This document shows, in pieces, positions 52,931 through 64,000 of a stretch of 64,000 nucleotides of DNA. Location: contig OZ234493.1 of NCBI GenBank assembly GCA_965153455.1, positions 1,488,001 through 1,552,000 of the forward strand. Direction: 5' to 3'. The notes under the pieces were generated by a model. The model ran no database searches, was not told where the DNA came from, and saw only the letters and a list, made by a program, of their open reading frames with translations. How positions within the stretch are numbered: position 1 is the stretch's first letter; each line of letters begins with the position of its first letter. The position numbers and the translations under genes were made by a program. This DNA comes from Sphagnum compactum. Taxonomy: Eukaryota.

Positions 52931-55900
52931 CTAGGTTGCATTTGAAAGTTGACTCCTTATGAGAAGGATGTAACAATCCATTTTGAATTTCTGCTTGAAG
53001 TGTTTTTTGCTTGCCACTAATATTTTGCAAAACAATTTGTTAGAACAATACAAATGTTCCATCAACAACATGTTATTTCGTGCTTCCTCCAACAATTCAA
53101 ATTGAAGGCAACAAATTTCATCCTCTAAATCCACCTTGGATGATGCTTTTGGGCTCCTTGATGTTGGTGGAATGTACTACACATTGCTTAGTGAATTGCC
53201 TAGCTACCTAGTAGCACTCAATAGATTTTGGAACCCTTCATGAATTGTCCCTTTCAAAGCACCACAATAATGTGTTATCGTACCTTTTACAAGCTCAGGA
53301 TGAAAAAGTTGGAGTACTTTGACTTGGTGCTTGCAAATGTTCCCATGTGCATACAGGTAGTCGCAAGATGCCCATTCAGATTTTGGATTGTGAACGCAAT
53401 ACTTTTTGTGAAGTTGCTTCCTGGACATAACTAGTGCCACTCTAGAATTGCTAGTTGGTAACGCGACACAAGCATCTAGATTCATCTTCACCTTCAAGAG
53501 CACATTAATGACAAATTGTTCTCATTTTTTATTTAAAACAAATCCATGGTTTTTTTTGCAAGGACTGGTACCAATAATGAAGCAAAACATCACCAACTAA
53601 TTCATGTATTGCCCAATCCACACGTCTCCCATGGAATCTACCCTTAAAGGAATGAAGGGTGGCCTTCAGATTTGCATGGTAGTTCTCAATGGCCACATTA
53701 ATATCATGCCCTACGTAAGGTAAGTTACGGTTACCCACCACCCACATTTGAGTTTTTTATAGCCATTCAAACTTTATGTAATTCCAAAATGAATTAGCAG
53801 TGGGCATTTCATTTGCTACCCTTGCAAATTCAACTTTTGCCCATGGATCCAACTCTTGATCATTTGGGCAATCTATGTTGTACATTACATTTCCCAACAC
53901 CTTGAGTGCACTTGCACGAGTAGAAGCATCCTTAATTTTAATGCATGCTTGCTTCAACTAAGTTCTTTTGACATGTCACAAACATAAAAATATCTTTGTT
54001 CCTAGCCATACTTGCCTGGTCACATGCAATCAAACTCCAGTTATGTAAAATGAACATAGGGGTACATTCACACTACAACAAAAGGTGTCCTTGTACGCCA
54101 AGTGATTTCACTGGATTTTGAGTGAATTCATCAATTGTAGTGGACGGGGACCAGTGAAGAAGTAGTGAATTCACTGGTTTAGTGAACAGGGACTAATGAA
54201 TTGCACCCACATTTTGTAGCAATGTCAAGAAACTCCAATGATAATAAGATAATTTTAGTAATGTAAATGTAACAAACTTGTAATGTGAAAAGTTACCAAA
54301 CGTGTAGAGCCTAATTACAAACCATGTCACACACAAACTTCACATGCAAAAAGTTGTGGTTACATGCAATGAACCATACTTATCATTAAGATATTATAGG
54401 TATATAATATTTGTTAGAGTTAAAATATGTTATCTAGATAGTTAGGTTGGGTTGGTTGTAAGTTTTTGAAACTTGTTACTTGTGATAGAAAACCACCAAG
54501 GACGAATAAAAACGGTTGTATCATCATGTACCTTAGGTTGTTTATTTCAGCTCGAGCATCATCAACAATGAATGCATTAAGGTGTTAATCAGCCTTAACA
54601 ATCAACAAACTTTTGTTCAAATCATCCATCCAAGGGGACAAATCACATGTCTTGTAACTTGAAATGATTATGTAGGCAATAGGCACACCATTATGCCATT
54701 CATAAAAAACCATCATGGTGTACAATGGAAATTGTGGACATAAGAACACCAAGTTGGCATGTTATATAAAAAACAATGTTACTAATTACAAGTCACAATG
54801 GCATTGTTGGACAAAACTTATAACATGCCACATGAAAAGTTGCAAAAATAAATTACAAAATTACCACTTACATGTTAGAAAATGATAATCATCAACAAAA
54901 CATGTTACATATTAGAATGGAAGGTAGACAACAACATATGTTACAACAAAATACTTGTAACATGCACACACTGAATATTAGGATATTTGCATATATTGTA
55001 TGTTATTGGAACAATGTATCCCTAAAGTAAAAAGATATGGCTACCTTTTTGTCATTTGTTCCGAACATAGCATCAATAGATACACCACTTTCATGTCCAT
55101 GACATAACATCATCTCCTTTTGCCACTTAGTTTGTATGCCGATTGGGAAAGGCATGTTACCACCATGCAAGTTTCTTTCAACTTGAACACTAGATTCTTG
55201 TAGAAAAAAATCGTTTCCCTGTTTTCAGTGACCCACATTCGAACATTTTTTGCATCATTTTCATCTTTCTTGTAGGTTTCTTTTGCAAGATTTCCTGCTA
55301 GGTTACAAACATCTTGCTCACATAAAAAGAAATCCCTTGACAGGTCTCCATTTTTCTCCATGATTTCCTTAACTCAAGATTTGTGCTTGTTCATAATTTG
55401 ATATATAGAAAGGCCCAAGCAAAGGTTTTCCAAAACAAAGGATTTTATTTCCTCTAATACATGGGCAAAGAATGCTAACTTGTAACCAGATTTGACATTA
55501 CCATGGACAACAAGACACAATTTGTTGACATGTTGAAAAGTGGCATAAGAAACTTCAGCAATTGTCAGGTGAAGGTAAAATCTTTTTAAAGTGAATGCAC
55601 AACAACACCCTATGAATCTCCTTGGCTTTTCATGGAAGTTCAAAGACCCTTATGCCCTTGGCAATCTCATTGCCTTTGTTTTTCCTCTTGGTTTTCTTGG
55701 AGGCCATGTTGGGTTGGAGCATTTGCATGGTGCCAGAAGAATCTGTTAATCCATATTCACAGTGGTACTTGCGTAGAATTCAATGCCATCACGCACATTG
55801 GTGGATGCATACAAACCTTAATAATGTAAACTAAAATGTATTATGACATGTCACATTAATCTAAAAATGTGCATGCAATATTATATGTTAGAAATAAATG

Positions 55901-56481
55901 GTTTAATAAAGCCTAATTGACATTCCCACTTTATAATATATATGTTCATTATGTTCTACAAGTATTGCATTGTAACAATGCTCTCACATAACTTTAATGA
56001 ACAACGACAATCAAGATTAGTTGATGCCTTAATTTTTGCATGATTGTTTTACGTATGTCTTTGAAATAACATGTACAATCATGTTACATGTTATGGACCA
56101 TTAACTTTTAGTTGATTTATCGCATGCTTCTAAAATAGTTGTTCCATCGTGGATTTTTCAAGTATTCATTGACCCAGTTGTCTTTCCGGATGAATTTGCA
56201 TTGCGCATCCCCTCTTGTTTCTTCCCTAGCCAAGAAATCATGAACTTTGTCCCATGGAATATATGCCACATAAACCTTTTTTTGAATGCATGTGCCATCC
56301 ACAACATGTTGTGGACAACGTGTTGTGGAGTTACATGGTACTCATTCCACCAACAAATGTCCTTATAGTTAAAAAGACATGGAGGTGGTTATTAAACATG
56401 TCCCATCATTACTTCCAAAGTTTCTTTACATTAATCCATGTACACTTTCCCATAATTTAAAATTTTAGCATATCAATGCCA
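52931..56481 (-). pseudogene. MULE-family DDE transposase with SWIM zinc finger, intron-containing, disrupted
   Basis: Exon remnants read YIPWDKVHDF (about 56250), GCCCAFTLKR, GIQTKWQ..SIDAMFGTNDKK (D1, ends 55045), FPLYTMMVF..GVPIA..AFIVDDA (D2, 54532-54731), FLC.HV, NVAIENYHANLK (E) and SWIM CD(Y)..GNICKH. Multiple stops and frameshifts. The putative first codons lie beyond the copia insertion (62599-62629). Confidence 0.85.
54071..54224. mobile_element. 154-bp CACTA mini-element in a transposase intron
   Basis: TIRs cactacaacaaaaggtg / cacattttgtagcaatg (13/17), perfect 3-bp TSD TCA, and repeated internal agtgaattcac motifs. Confidence 0.8.
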
Positions 56482-56795
56482 TGTTAACAAATAGGAGATC
56501 TACTCAAGTGCAAACATAAAACTTTATTGAAAGGAAACTATAACACGATGCTCACAACACAAAACACAAAATCAAGAACTCTTCAAAGTTCTTATCACAA
56601 GAAATACACAAACTTGTGTAATGAAGAAAAGATAAGCAAACCATCAACACCAAGGTATTTAACTAAAAAGACCAAACCACAAATAACCAAACTAAAATAA
56701 GTAACGAAAGTAATTCAACCTTGTGAAAGTAACCTAGTTACTTTCCTACTCCAGTAACTAATGAAACCTAACTAGTTGAGCTTGAATTCTCAACA
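56482..56795 (-). repeat. Copia 3' LTR (314 bp)
   Basis: 4 substitutions versus 62285-62598; preceded on the minus strand by the PPT ttgagggggag (56796-56806). Confidence 0.97.
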
Positions 56796-59700
56796 CTCCC
56801 CCTCAAGCTCAAATCCATTTTTAGTACACCAAACATTTTTCTAAACTTCTTTAGCTTGTCTGTACCTAAAGCCTTTGTGAAAATGTCAGCAACTTGATCT
56901 TCGGTATTGACATGAATGAGGTTAATTTCTTTTGTTAGAAATTTTTCTCTAATAAAGTGGTAGTGCACCTCAATGTGCTTTGTCCTAACATGATAGACCG
57001 GGTTGTTAGCAAGTAGTATGCTACTAAGGTTATCACAATAGATGACAACAGGAGCATCCACTAACTGTCCCAAATCTGAAAATAGTTTTTGTAACCAAAC
57101 TACTTCACATGCAACAATTGTTGCACCTCTGAATTCTGCTTCCGTGCTTGATAATGCAACTGTTGGTTGTTTTTTACTGCTCCAACTAACAGCACCACTT
57201 CCAAAAGAAAACATGAAACCACTGGTTGATCTTCTATCTGAACCATTGCCAGCCCAATCAGCATCCGTGTATCCATGTACTTGTAACTGGCTCTTGGCTT
57301 CATAAAAAATTCCACATTGCAAGGTATGTTTTATGTACCTCAGTATGCGCTTCACTGCATCCAAATGTGGCTTTCGTGGTGTTTGCATGAATTGACTCAC
57401 CACTCCAACTGCATAACTAAAATCTAGCCTTGTGATGGTCATGTAGATCAAACTCCCCACTATGCGCCTGTACATAGTGGCATCCTCCACAAGGTCTCCT
57501 TCATCTGCACTTAACTTCACATTTTGCTCCAATGGAATTGAAATGGGTTTGCACCCTGTCATCCCATATTCGGATAATTTGTTCAAGGCATATTGCCTTT
57601 GTAGTAACCATATCCCTTTCGGGGAATGGATTACCTCAATGCCGAGGAAATAACGCAACTCTCCCAAATCCTTCATCTCAAACTTTTGCTTCAAAAGCTT
57701 CTTCAAATCAGAGATGTCTGCATCACTATATCCTGTGATAATCAAGTCATCAACATAGATGACTATGACTACAATCCCATGATTTGTCTTTCTCACATAT
57801 AGTGAAAAATCTGCATTGGATGTTTGAAATCCACTTGTGACAAGATATTGTCCAATCTTATCTGACCAAGCTCTAGGTGCTTGTTTCAAGCCGTACAACG
57901 CTTTCTTCAACCTACAAACCAAATTAGGATGTGTTTGGTCCACATAACCTGGTGGTTGTTCCATGTACACTTCTTCCTGTAAATCTCCATGAAGAAAAGC
58001 ATTCTTTACATCCATTTGATGTAAAGACCATCCTTTTGTTATTGCCATAGCAATGATTGCTCTTACAGTTGTCATTTTGGCAACTGGACTATAGGTTTCT
58101 TCATAGTCTATGCCATAAGTTTGGGCATAACCTTTGGCAACCAATCTTGCTTTGTATCTGCTCACAGATGCATCTGCATTGTGCTTGACTTTGTACACCC
58201 ATTTGCACCCAATTCCTTTCTTGTCCTTTGGTAAAGCTACTAATTCCCAAGTAGCATTCGCATCCAAAGCCACCATCTCTTCATCCATGGCATTGTCCCA
58301 CTTAGGATTTCCAACCGCTTGTTTAAAACAAGTGGGTTCAACCTCTTGTATAACTCTCACCATGTATGCGTAATGATGAGCTACAAAGCCATCATATGTG
58401 AGTCTTTGTACAGGGTACTTGACTCGTGTGGATCTTCGTACTCCAATGTTGTTGTCAGGTGTTTTCAAAGCTTTCTTGACCATCCGAACTCCAGGAGTAG
58501 TAATTGAGGTGATTCTTGATTCTTCACCCTCACTCTTCTCTGACTCACTTGATTCACCATCTACATGAGAATTTCTAGATGATGTTTGTGAACTACCATG
58601 TACAATGTTTGAAGATCTTAATCTTCCTTTCCATGGAGTGCTACTGGACCCACTAATTGAAGATTCTTGTGGTCCACTAATTAATTGTGATTATTGTTCC
58701 ACATTTGATGAAACATCACCATTTCTAGCCTCTCCATCTTCTGCTATCTTCAATGGTGAATACCAACTAATCGTCTCATCAAACACAACATCTCTACTCA
58801 CTTGTAACTTCCAAGTGGAAGGGCTAAAACATCTATATCCCTTTTGTTCTGAAGAGTATCCAATGAAGATACATTTCTCAGCTTTTGGGTCTAGTTTTGA
58901 TCTCTTCTCATTAGGAACATGCACGTATGCAATGCAACCAAACACTCTAAGGTGTGAAACATCGGGTTTCTTGCCTGTGAATTTTTCTTCAGGTGTCATG
59001 CCATGAACTGCCGTTGTGGGTGTTCGATTCATGATGTAGATTGCAGTTGCTACCGCTTCAGCCCAAAAGTAATTTGGCAAATTCTTCTCATTCAACATGG
59101 CACGTACTATTTCTGCAATGTGCCTGTTTTTCCTTTCAGCAACTCCATTCTGCTGTGGGGAATAACTACATGAGTACTTCCTTTGAATTCCATGCTCCTT
59201 CAAGTACTCACTGAATTCATTTGAAAAATACTCTCCCCCTCCATCGGACCTTAGGCACTTGATGCTCACACCTTTCTCCTTCTCCACCATTGCTTTGAAA
59301 TTCAAAAAATATTGAAACACTTCACCTTTGTGTTTCATGAAGTAGACCCACACCTTCCTTGTGTGGTCAACAATGAAACTCACGTAGTACTTGCATCCTC
59401 CAATGGATTCTGTCTTCGTGGTCCACACATCTGAGTGGATCATTTCCAAAGGTTTGGAACTTACATGAATTGTTTGAACTGGGAAAGGATGCCTAGCTTG
59501 CTTCCCCAATTGGCATGCTTCACAAACCTCTGACATCACCTCTTCTGCTCCAAATTTGGGAAGACCTCCAACAAGTTTTTGTTTCTCCATGAACTTAAGA
59601 CGTCGGAGATTAACATGGCCAACTCGCTTGTGCCAAATTCCAATGTCTCCAGCTCCTTTTCCATGTGTGAATAACATGGAATTCACCTCAGGCATGTTCA

Positions 59701-61063
59701 CATCCAAGGTGAACATTCGTCCATTCCTTTCCCTTTTTGCAATCAATTTGCCTTAGTTCTTCATGTCTTCCACAAAACATCCATTTGGGTTGAATGTCAC
59801 CTGTAAACCTTGTTCCACCATCTGGCCTACGGAGACCAATTTTTTTGTTATGGTTGGAACATGAAATACATCTTTCAGGTACTTTGTTTGCCCATCTTCC
59901 ATGGACAATGGCACCTTGCCAATTTGTGTGATGGGATGTGTATTGTCATCACCAGTTTCCACAAACCCTGGTGTCTTCAAATCCTTTGCGTCTCTAAACC
60001 ATTCTCCATGGCTAGTCATGTGGTTTGAAGCTCCAGAGTCCACATACCAGACATTGTTATCTGATACACCTCCTATCATTGAATTTGCCATGTGCTGCAT
60101 CACAAACAGTTGCTCATCACCTTGATTGCTAGTTGATGCATAATTCCCTTGTTGTAGCTTTCCATTTCGTGCATCATGCTCCCTTTGATAACAGTTCTTT
60201 GCCATGTGCCCAAGTTTCCCGCAGTAGTAGCAATTTGAATCGCTATTTGGTTGTTGACCTCAATGACTTCCACCACGACCTCCACGACTTCCTCGACTTC
60301 CTCTTCCTCCAAAGTTTCCTCGTCCACCTCCATGAGCTTGACCTTCATGTTGTTGATGTACACCATGCGAGCTTCCGGGTCGACCTCGAAATGAGGTTTT
60401 ACCACCTCTGCCTCTACCTCTATTGGTATTTGAGTAAAAAGCACTTTCTTGTGATCCTCCATTGGATGAAGTACCAACAATTCTCATCTCTTCACTTATA
60501 AGTAGTGTTATTAAGTCTTGGAAGTTGGAAAATGTTTCTCGAACTGCAATTGAGGTACGGAATTGACTATAGTCTTTTCCAAGTCCATTTAAGGTCACGG
60601 CCACTAAATCTTCATCATCTACAGGGGCTCCTATAGATGCAAGAGCATCTGCAAGGTTTTTCACCTTTGTAGAATAGTCATTGATGTTCGTCTTGTTTTT
60701 CTATAGATTATGCAACTCTTGCTTGAGCTGCATTTTGCGGGCTTGTGTATTGGTGCTGTACATCTTCACCAATGTATCCCAAGCTTGCTTGGGTGATTTT
60801 GCATCTTGAATATGCACAATCATGGAATCGGACACACTCACAGAAAGCCAATACAAGACTTTCCTTGCTTTTTCATGCCAAGTTTTATTAGCTTGAATTT
60901 GTTGTTGTGTGGGGTTTTCTAGGAGAGGAGGTTCTTTTTCATCACCAGTTATGAATTCCCAGTAGCCTTTCCCCATCAAGAAATTCATAATCCTAAATTT
61001 CCACACTTGGAAATTGTTCTTGTTTAGTTTCTCAATTGCAATTTGAGAAAGACCGTCCGCCAT
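56768..61063 (-). pseudogene. Copia gag-pol polyprotein, single frame with 4 premature stops
   Basis: Gag (NFQVWKF, UBN2-like; CYYCGKLGHMAKNC knuckle), PR (WYVDSGASNHM), GAG-pre-integrase (WHKRVGH..CEAC), IN (HSDVW, RSDGGGEY, NGVAERKN), RT (YKARLVAKG, YVDDL) and RNase H (DADWAG, KHIEV). Confidence 0.96.
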
Positions 61064-62272
61064 CTCTCAAGGCACTATTCAATGTCTTCTTGGGGTTTCA
61101 AAATGACTTTAATTCCTTCCTTGGATTTCTAGGGTTAGGGTTAGGGTTTTTCTTCCTTAGGTTTCTAGGATTAGGGTTAAGGTTAGGGCTGAACAAGATA
61201 GACCTTGCATATGTATGTATGTCTTGAGTATTATACGGAATTCTATATTATACATAGGTTTTACGTATAGGTACGTATCTCGTATAATATTTCGTATGGT
61301 ATTAAATACATGATTACATACCACACTTTTGTACGAAGGTCTTGATAATGTATTTGCGCTTCCCAATCTTCAAACTCCTTCCTTCAAGTTCTCCCAAGTT
61401 GTATTTGCTCCACTTCAAAACTTTGTTGTCTTCTCAAAACAAACTTCTGTCACAGCAACTTTGCAAAGCTACTCCACACACATATGACCTTGGATCGAGG
61501 GAGAAACATAGAACACTATGTCTACTACCTTCTCTCAAAATTTCAGCTCATTTAACTACATAAATTGAGAGATCTTGCTACTTCTTTGAAGTCACCTCAA
61601 ACTGGGACCTGAACACAAAATGACTTACAACTCGCTCTCAGCAACTCCAAAATCCTTGAGATTTTGGGAGACACATAAGATATATGTCTTCTATATCTGC
61701 TCAAAATTTCAGCTCTATTGATGATGACCACAAAGAGATATCACTTTCAAAAGAAATTGACTTCAAAACTGAGACAGAAACTTCAGATGCTTGGATCTCT
61801 ATCTATACAAATTCAAATGACATGAAATTTCTCTCACACATACATTCCTATATGATCTATAAGATCCCAAAGCTCCAGATCCAAAAAAGCTCAAACATAG
61901 GAGATATGACCAAAAAACCAGATCTAATACAGAATCTTCAAAAGCTTATAACTCCCACAAAACAAATCTTTTTCACTTGAAATTTTGAGAATAGAAGCGT
62001 CTTATAGTCTTCTATAATCTCTTAAAGTTTCACTCCAAAAAAATTTCACAATAGATCTAGATCTAGACTTAAAGATCTGATTTCCACAACTCTTGATATG
62101 TGGATCTCCTCTCACCTCTTTTCTTTTCTTTTCTTTCTCTTCACTTTTTTCCTTTCCCCGTTTCTCTTTTGCACTTGACAAACTCCTATGATATTACTAG
62201 AGACTCTCAAGCTCTAGTTCTAAAGACTTTCTAGCTCTAAATCTCTTTCAACTTTCTCACCAAACAACCTAA

Positions 62273-62284
62273 GCTCTGATACCA
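62273..62284 (-). other. Primer-binding site (tRNA-iMet), TGGTATCAGAGC
   Basis: gctctgatacca immediately adjacent to the 5' LTR. Confidence 0.95.
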
Positions 62285-62598
62285 TGTTAACAAATAGGAG
62301 ATCTACTCAAGTGCAAACATAAAACTTTATTGAAAGGAAACTATAACACGATGCTCACAACAAAAAACACAAAATCAAGAACTCCTCAAAGTTCTTATCA
62401 CAAGAAATACACAAACTTGTGTAATGAAGAAAAGAGAAGCAAACCATCAACACCAAGGTATTTAACTAAAAAGACCAAACCACAAATAACCAAACTAAAA
62501 TAAGTAACGAAAGTAATTTAACCTTGTGAAAGTAACCTAGTTACTTTCCTACTCCAGTAACTAATGAAACCTAACTAGTTGAGCTTGAATTCTCAACA
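62285..62598 (-). repeat. Copia 5' LTR (314 bp)
   Basis: Matches 56482-56795 with 4 substitutions. Confidence 0.97.
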
Positions 62599-63002
62599 TG
62601 CCACCTTCTTCACTTGCCCTCCTCTCCATAATATTTTTCTTGTATTTCTTGTTACAAGAAGCCTTCACAAGTCAAGAGAAACTATCAAATGTTATAGCAA
62701 ATTGGGATTACCGTATTATGAGGGTAAAGGGGAATAATTACAACAACATCCAACAAGCTTCCCCATACAACTAAAAGTTACATTACAAGATGGGATTGAC
62801 ATTATCTAGTGATCCATGTTACACCTAAGATTTTGTACACAAATTGTGGGCCTATTAAAAAGGACAGATTGAGTACCTTGTTGAAATGAGTTGAAGGTTA
62901 CAAACTATGGCTCAATGGACCTGCAGGGACAACATTGGAACCTTATCAAATGTCACATGAAATAATTTGGGTGACCACATCAAAACAAGTGGGAGTGGTT
63001 AT

Positions 63003-64000
63003 AGGGACATGTTGTGAGATGTCACACGAAATTGGGATCAATATATTATCTGAGCAAGTGGACCTAATTACAACACCATTAAACAAGTTCCATCAAAAGA
63101 CTTCCAAGGTAAAATATTGTAAAAGGGGGCCTGTTACAAGGCATGGACATATTACTTGGAATTAAAATCATTTAGTAAGTCATGTTTCATTTAGCGTTGA
63201 GTTGACAAAATAGGGCAATTTAGGCAAGATAACGAATAAAACACAGTTTGCGGGCATGTTACAAAGGATAAATTGAGGTTGCTTAGAATGAATACCTTGT
63301 TGAAATGAATTGTAGGTTACACAATGTGGTTCAATTGATCTATAGGGGCACCACAAAAACATTGTTAACACAAAATGGGGACAATTTGTGGGCATGCATG
63401 TTATAGGTGAAAGCCTACGATTGCATTATGATTGAATGCCTTGATAGAATGAATTGTAGGTTACAAAGGATAAAAAACCAAAAAAAACCATGGAAACAAG
63501 AAGATTTAATAGTATGTACATGTTACAAGGGAAACTACTAAACAATGCATACCTTTTCAATTCTAGGGACCACAAAGAAGAGCTAGATTTTTCGTAGAAT
63601 GTTGTTGAGCGTAGTTGAAATCAGATGAAGGAATAACACTTGCAAGAAACATGCAATCATAGAATTGTTATTTATCTAATCAAGAAGGGGGAACTTGGAT
63701 CACTTTGGGAGATGCAAGATGTTGAAGACTTTAACCAAATTAATGAAGGTAACAATGAAGAAGGAAGGAAAAAAACATCTCTATGTAGGCACACAACATT
63801 CGGACAAAACTGTGCGCTTGGTAGTTTCAGAAAGGGATTGAAAAGCAATCTTTCACTTGTAATTCATACATCCAAGCTTGCAAAGCAGAGTAATTTCTTC
63901 TACCTGTAATTTCTACAATGAAGCTAATAACATGTAATTTCTACAAGCAAACTACAAGTAATGCAAGACCTTTGAATTGGGCAATGCATGCACCTAGATA
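63003..64000. repeat. Right long inverted arm of the MULE (truncated by the window end)
   Basis: Reverse complement of 51640-52630. Confidence 0.93.

Larger units (their letters stand above)
56482..62598 (-). mobile_element. Full-length Ty1/copia LTR retrotransposon
   Basis: 314-bp LTRs with TG..CA ends, 5-bp TSD TGCCA (56477-56481 and 62599-62603), PBS, PPT, and gag-PR-IN-RT-RH order. Confidence 0.98.
51210..64000 (-). mobile_element. Mutator-like (MULE/SWIM) DNA transposon with very long inverted arms; right end outside the window
   Basis: Inverted arms 51640-52630 and about 63003-64000 enclose a spliced DDE+SWIM transposase pseudogene. The left terminus at about 51210 is tentative. Confidence 0.8.

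Noticed and set aside
63640-63909. ORF in the MULE arm (mirror at 51731-51919)
   Set aside because: Frames are not preserved between the two arms; treated as arm sequence rather than a gene.

Overview
AT-rich, intron-containing eukaryotic DNA from a land plant, most likely a bryophyte (Sphagnum-like by inference from gene and repeat style, not proven). Two intact host genes were reconstructed exon by exon: a 6-exon purple acid phosphatase (minus, 7962-10458) and a 5-exon pectin methylesterase (plus, 47475-49491). The rest is mostly transposon-derived. There is a decayed RTEX-like LINE (about 460-4810), a pogo-type HTH fragment, several MITE, Helitron and CACTA-like non-autonomous elements, tRNA-like A/B-box modules, a 1.2 kb minisatellite inside an inverted-repeat-bounded block, and a probable solo LTR. 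The most notable structure is at the right end: a spliced Mutator-like (MULE/SWIM) transposase gene bounded by inverted arms of at least 1 kb that run off the window. A young full-length Ty1/copia element (56482-62598; TSD TGCCA; 4 differences between 314-bp LTRs) and a 154-bp CACTA mini-element have inserted into it. I found no clear novel multi-gene system; the best leads are listed as findings.
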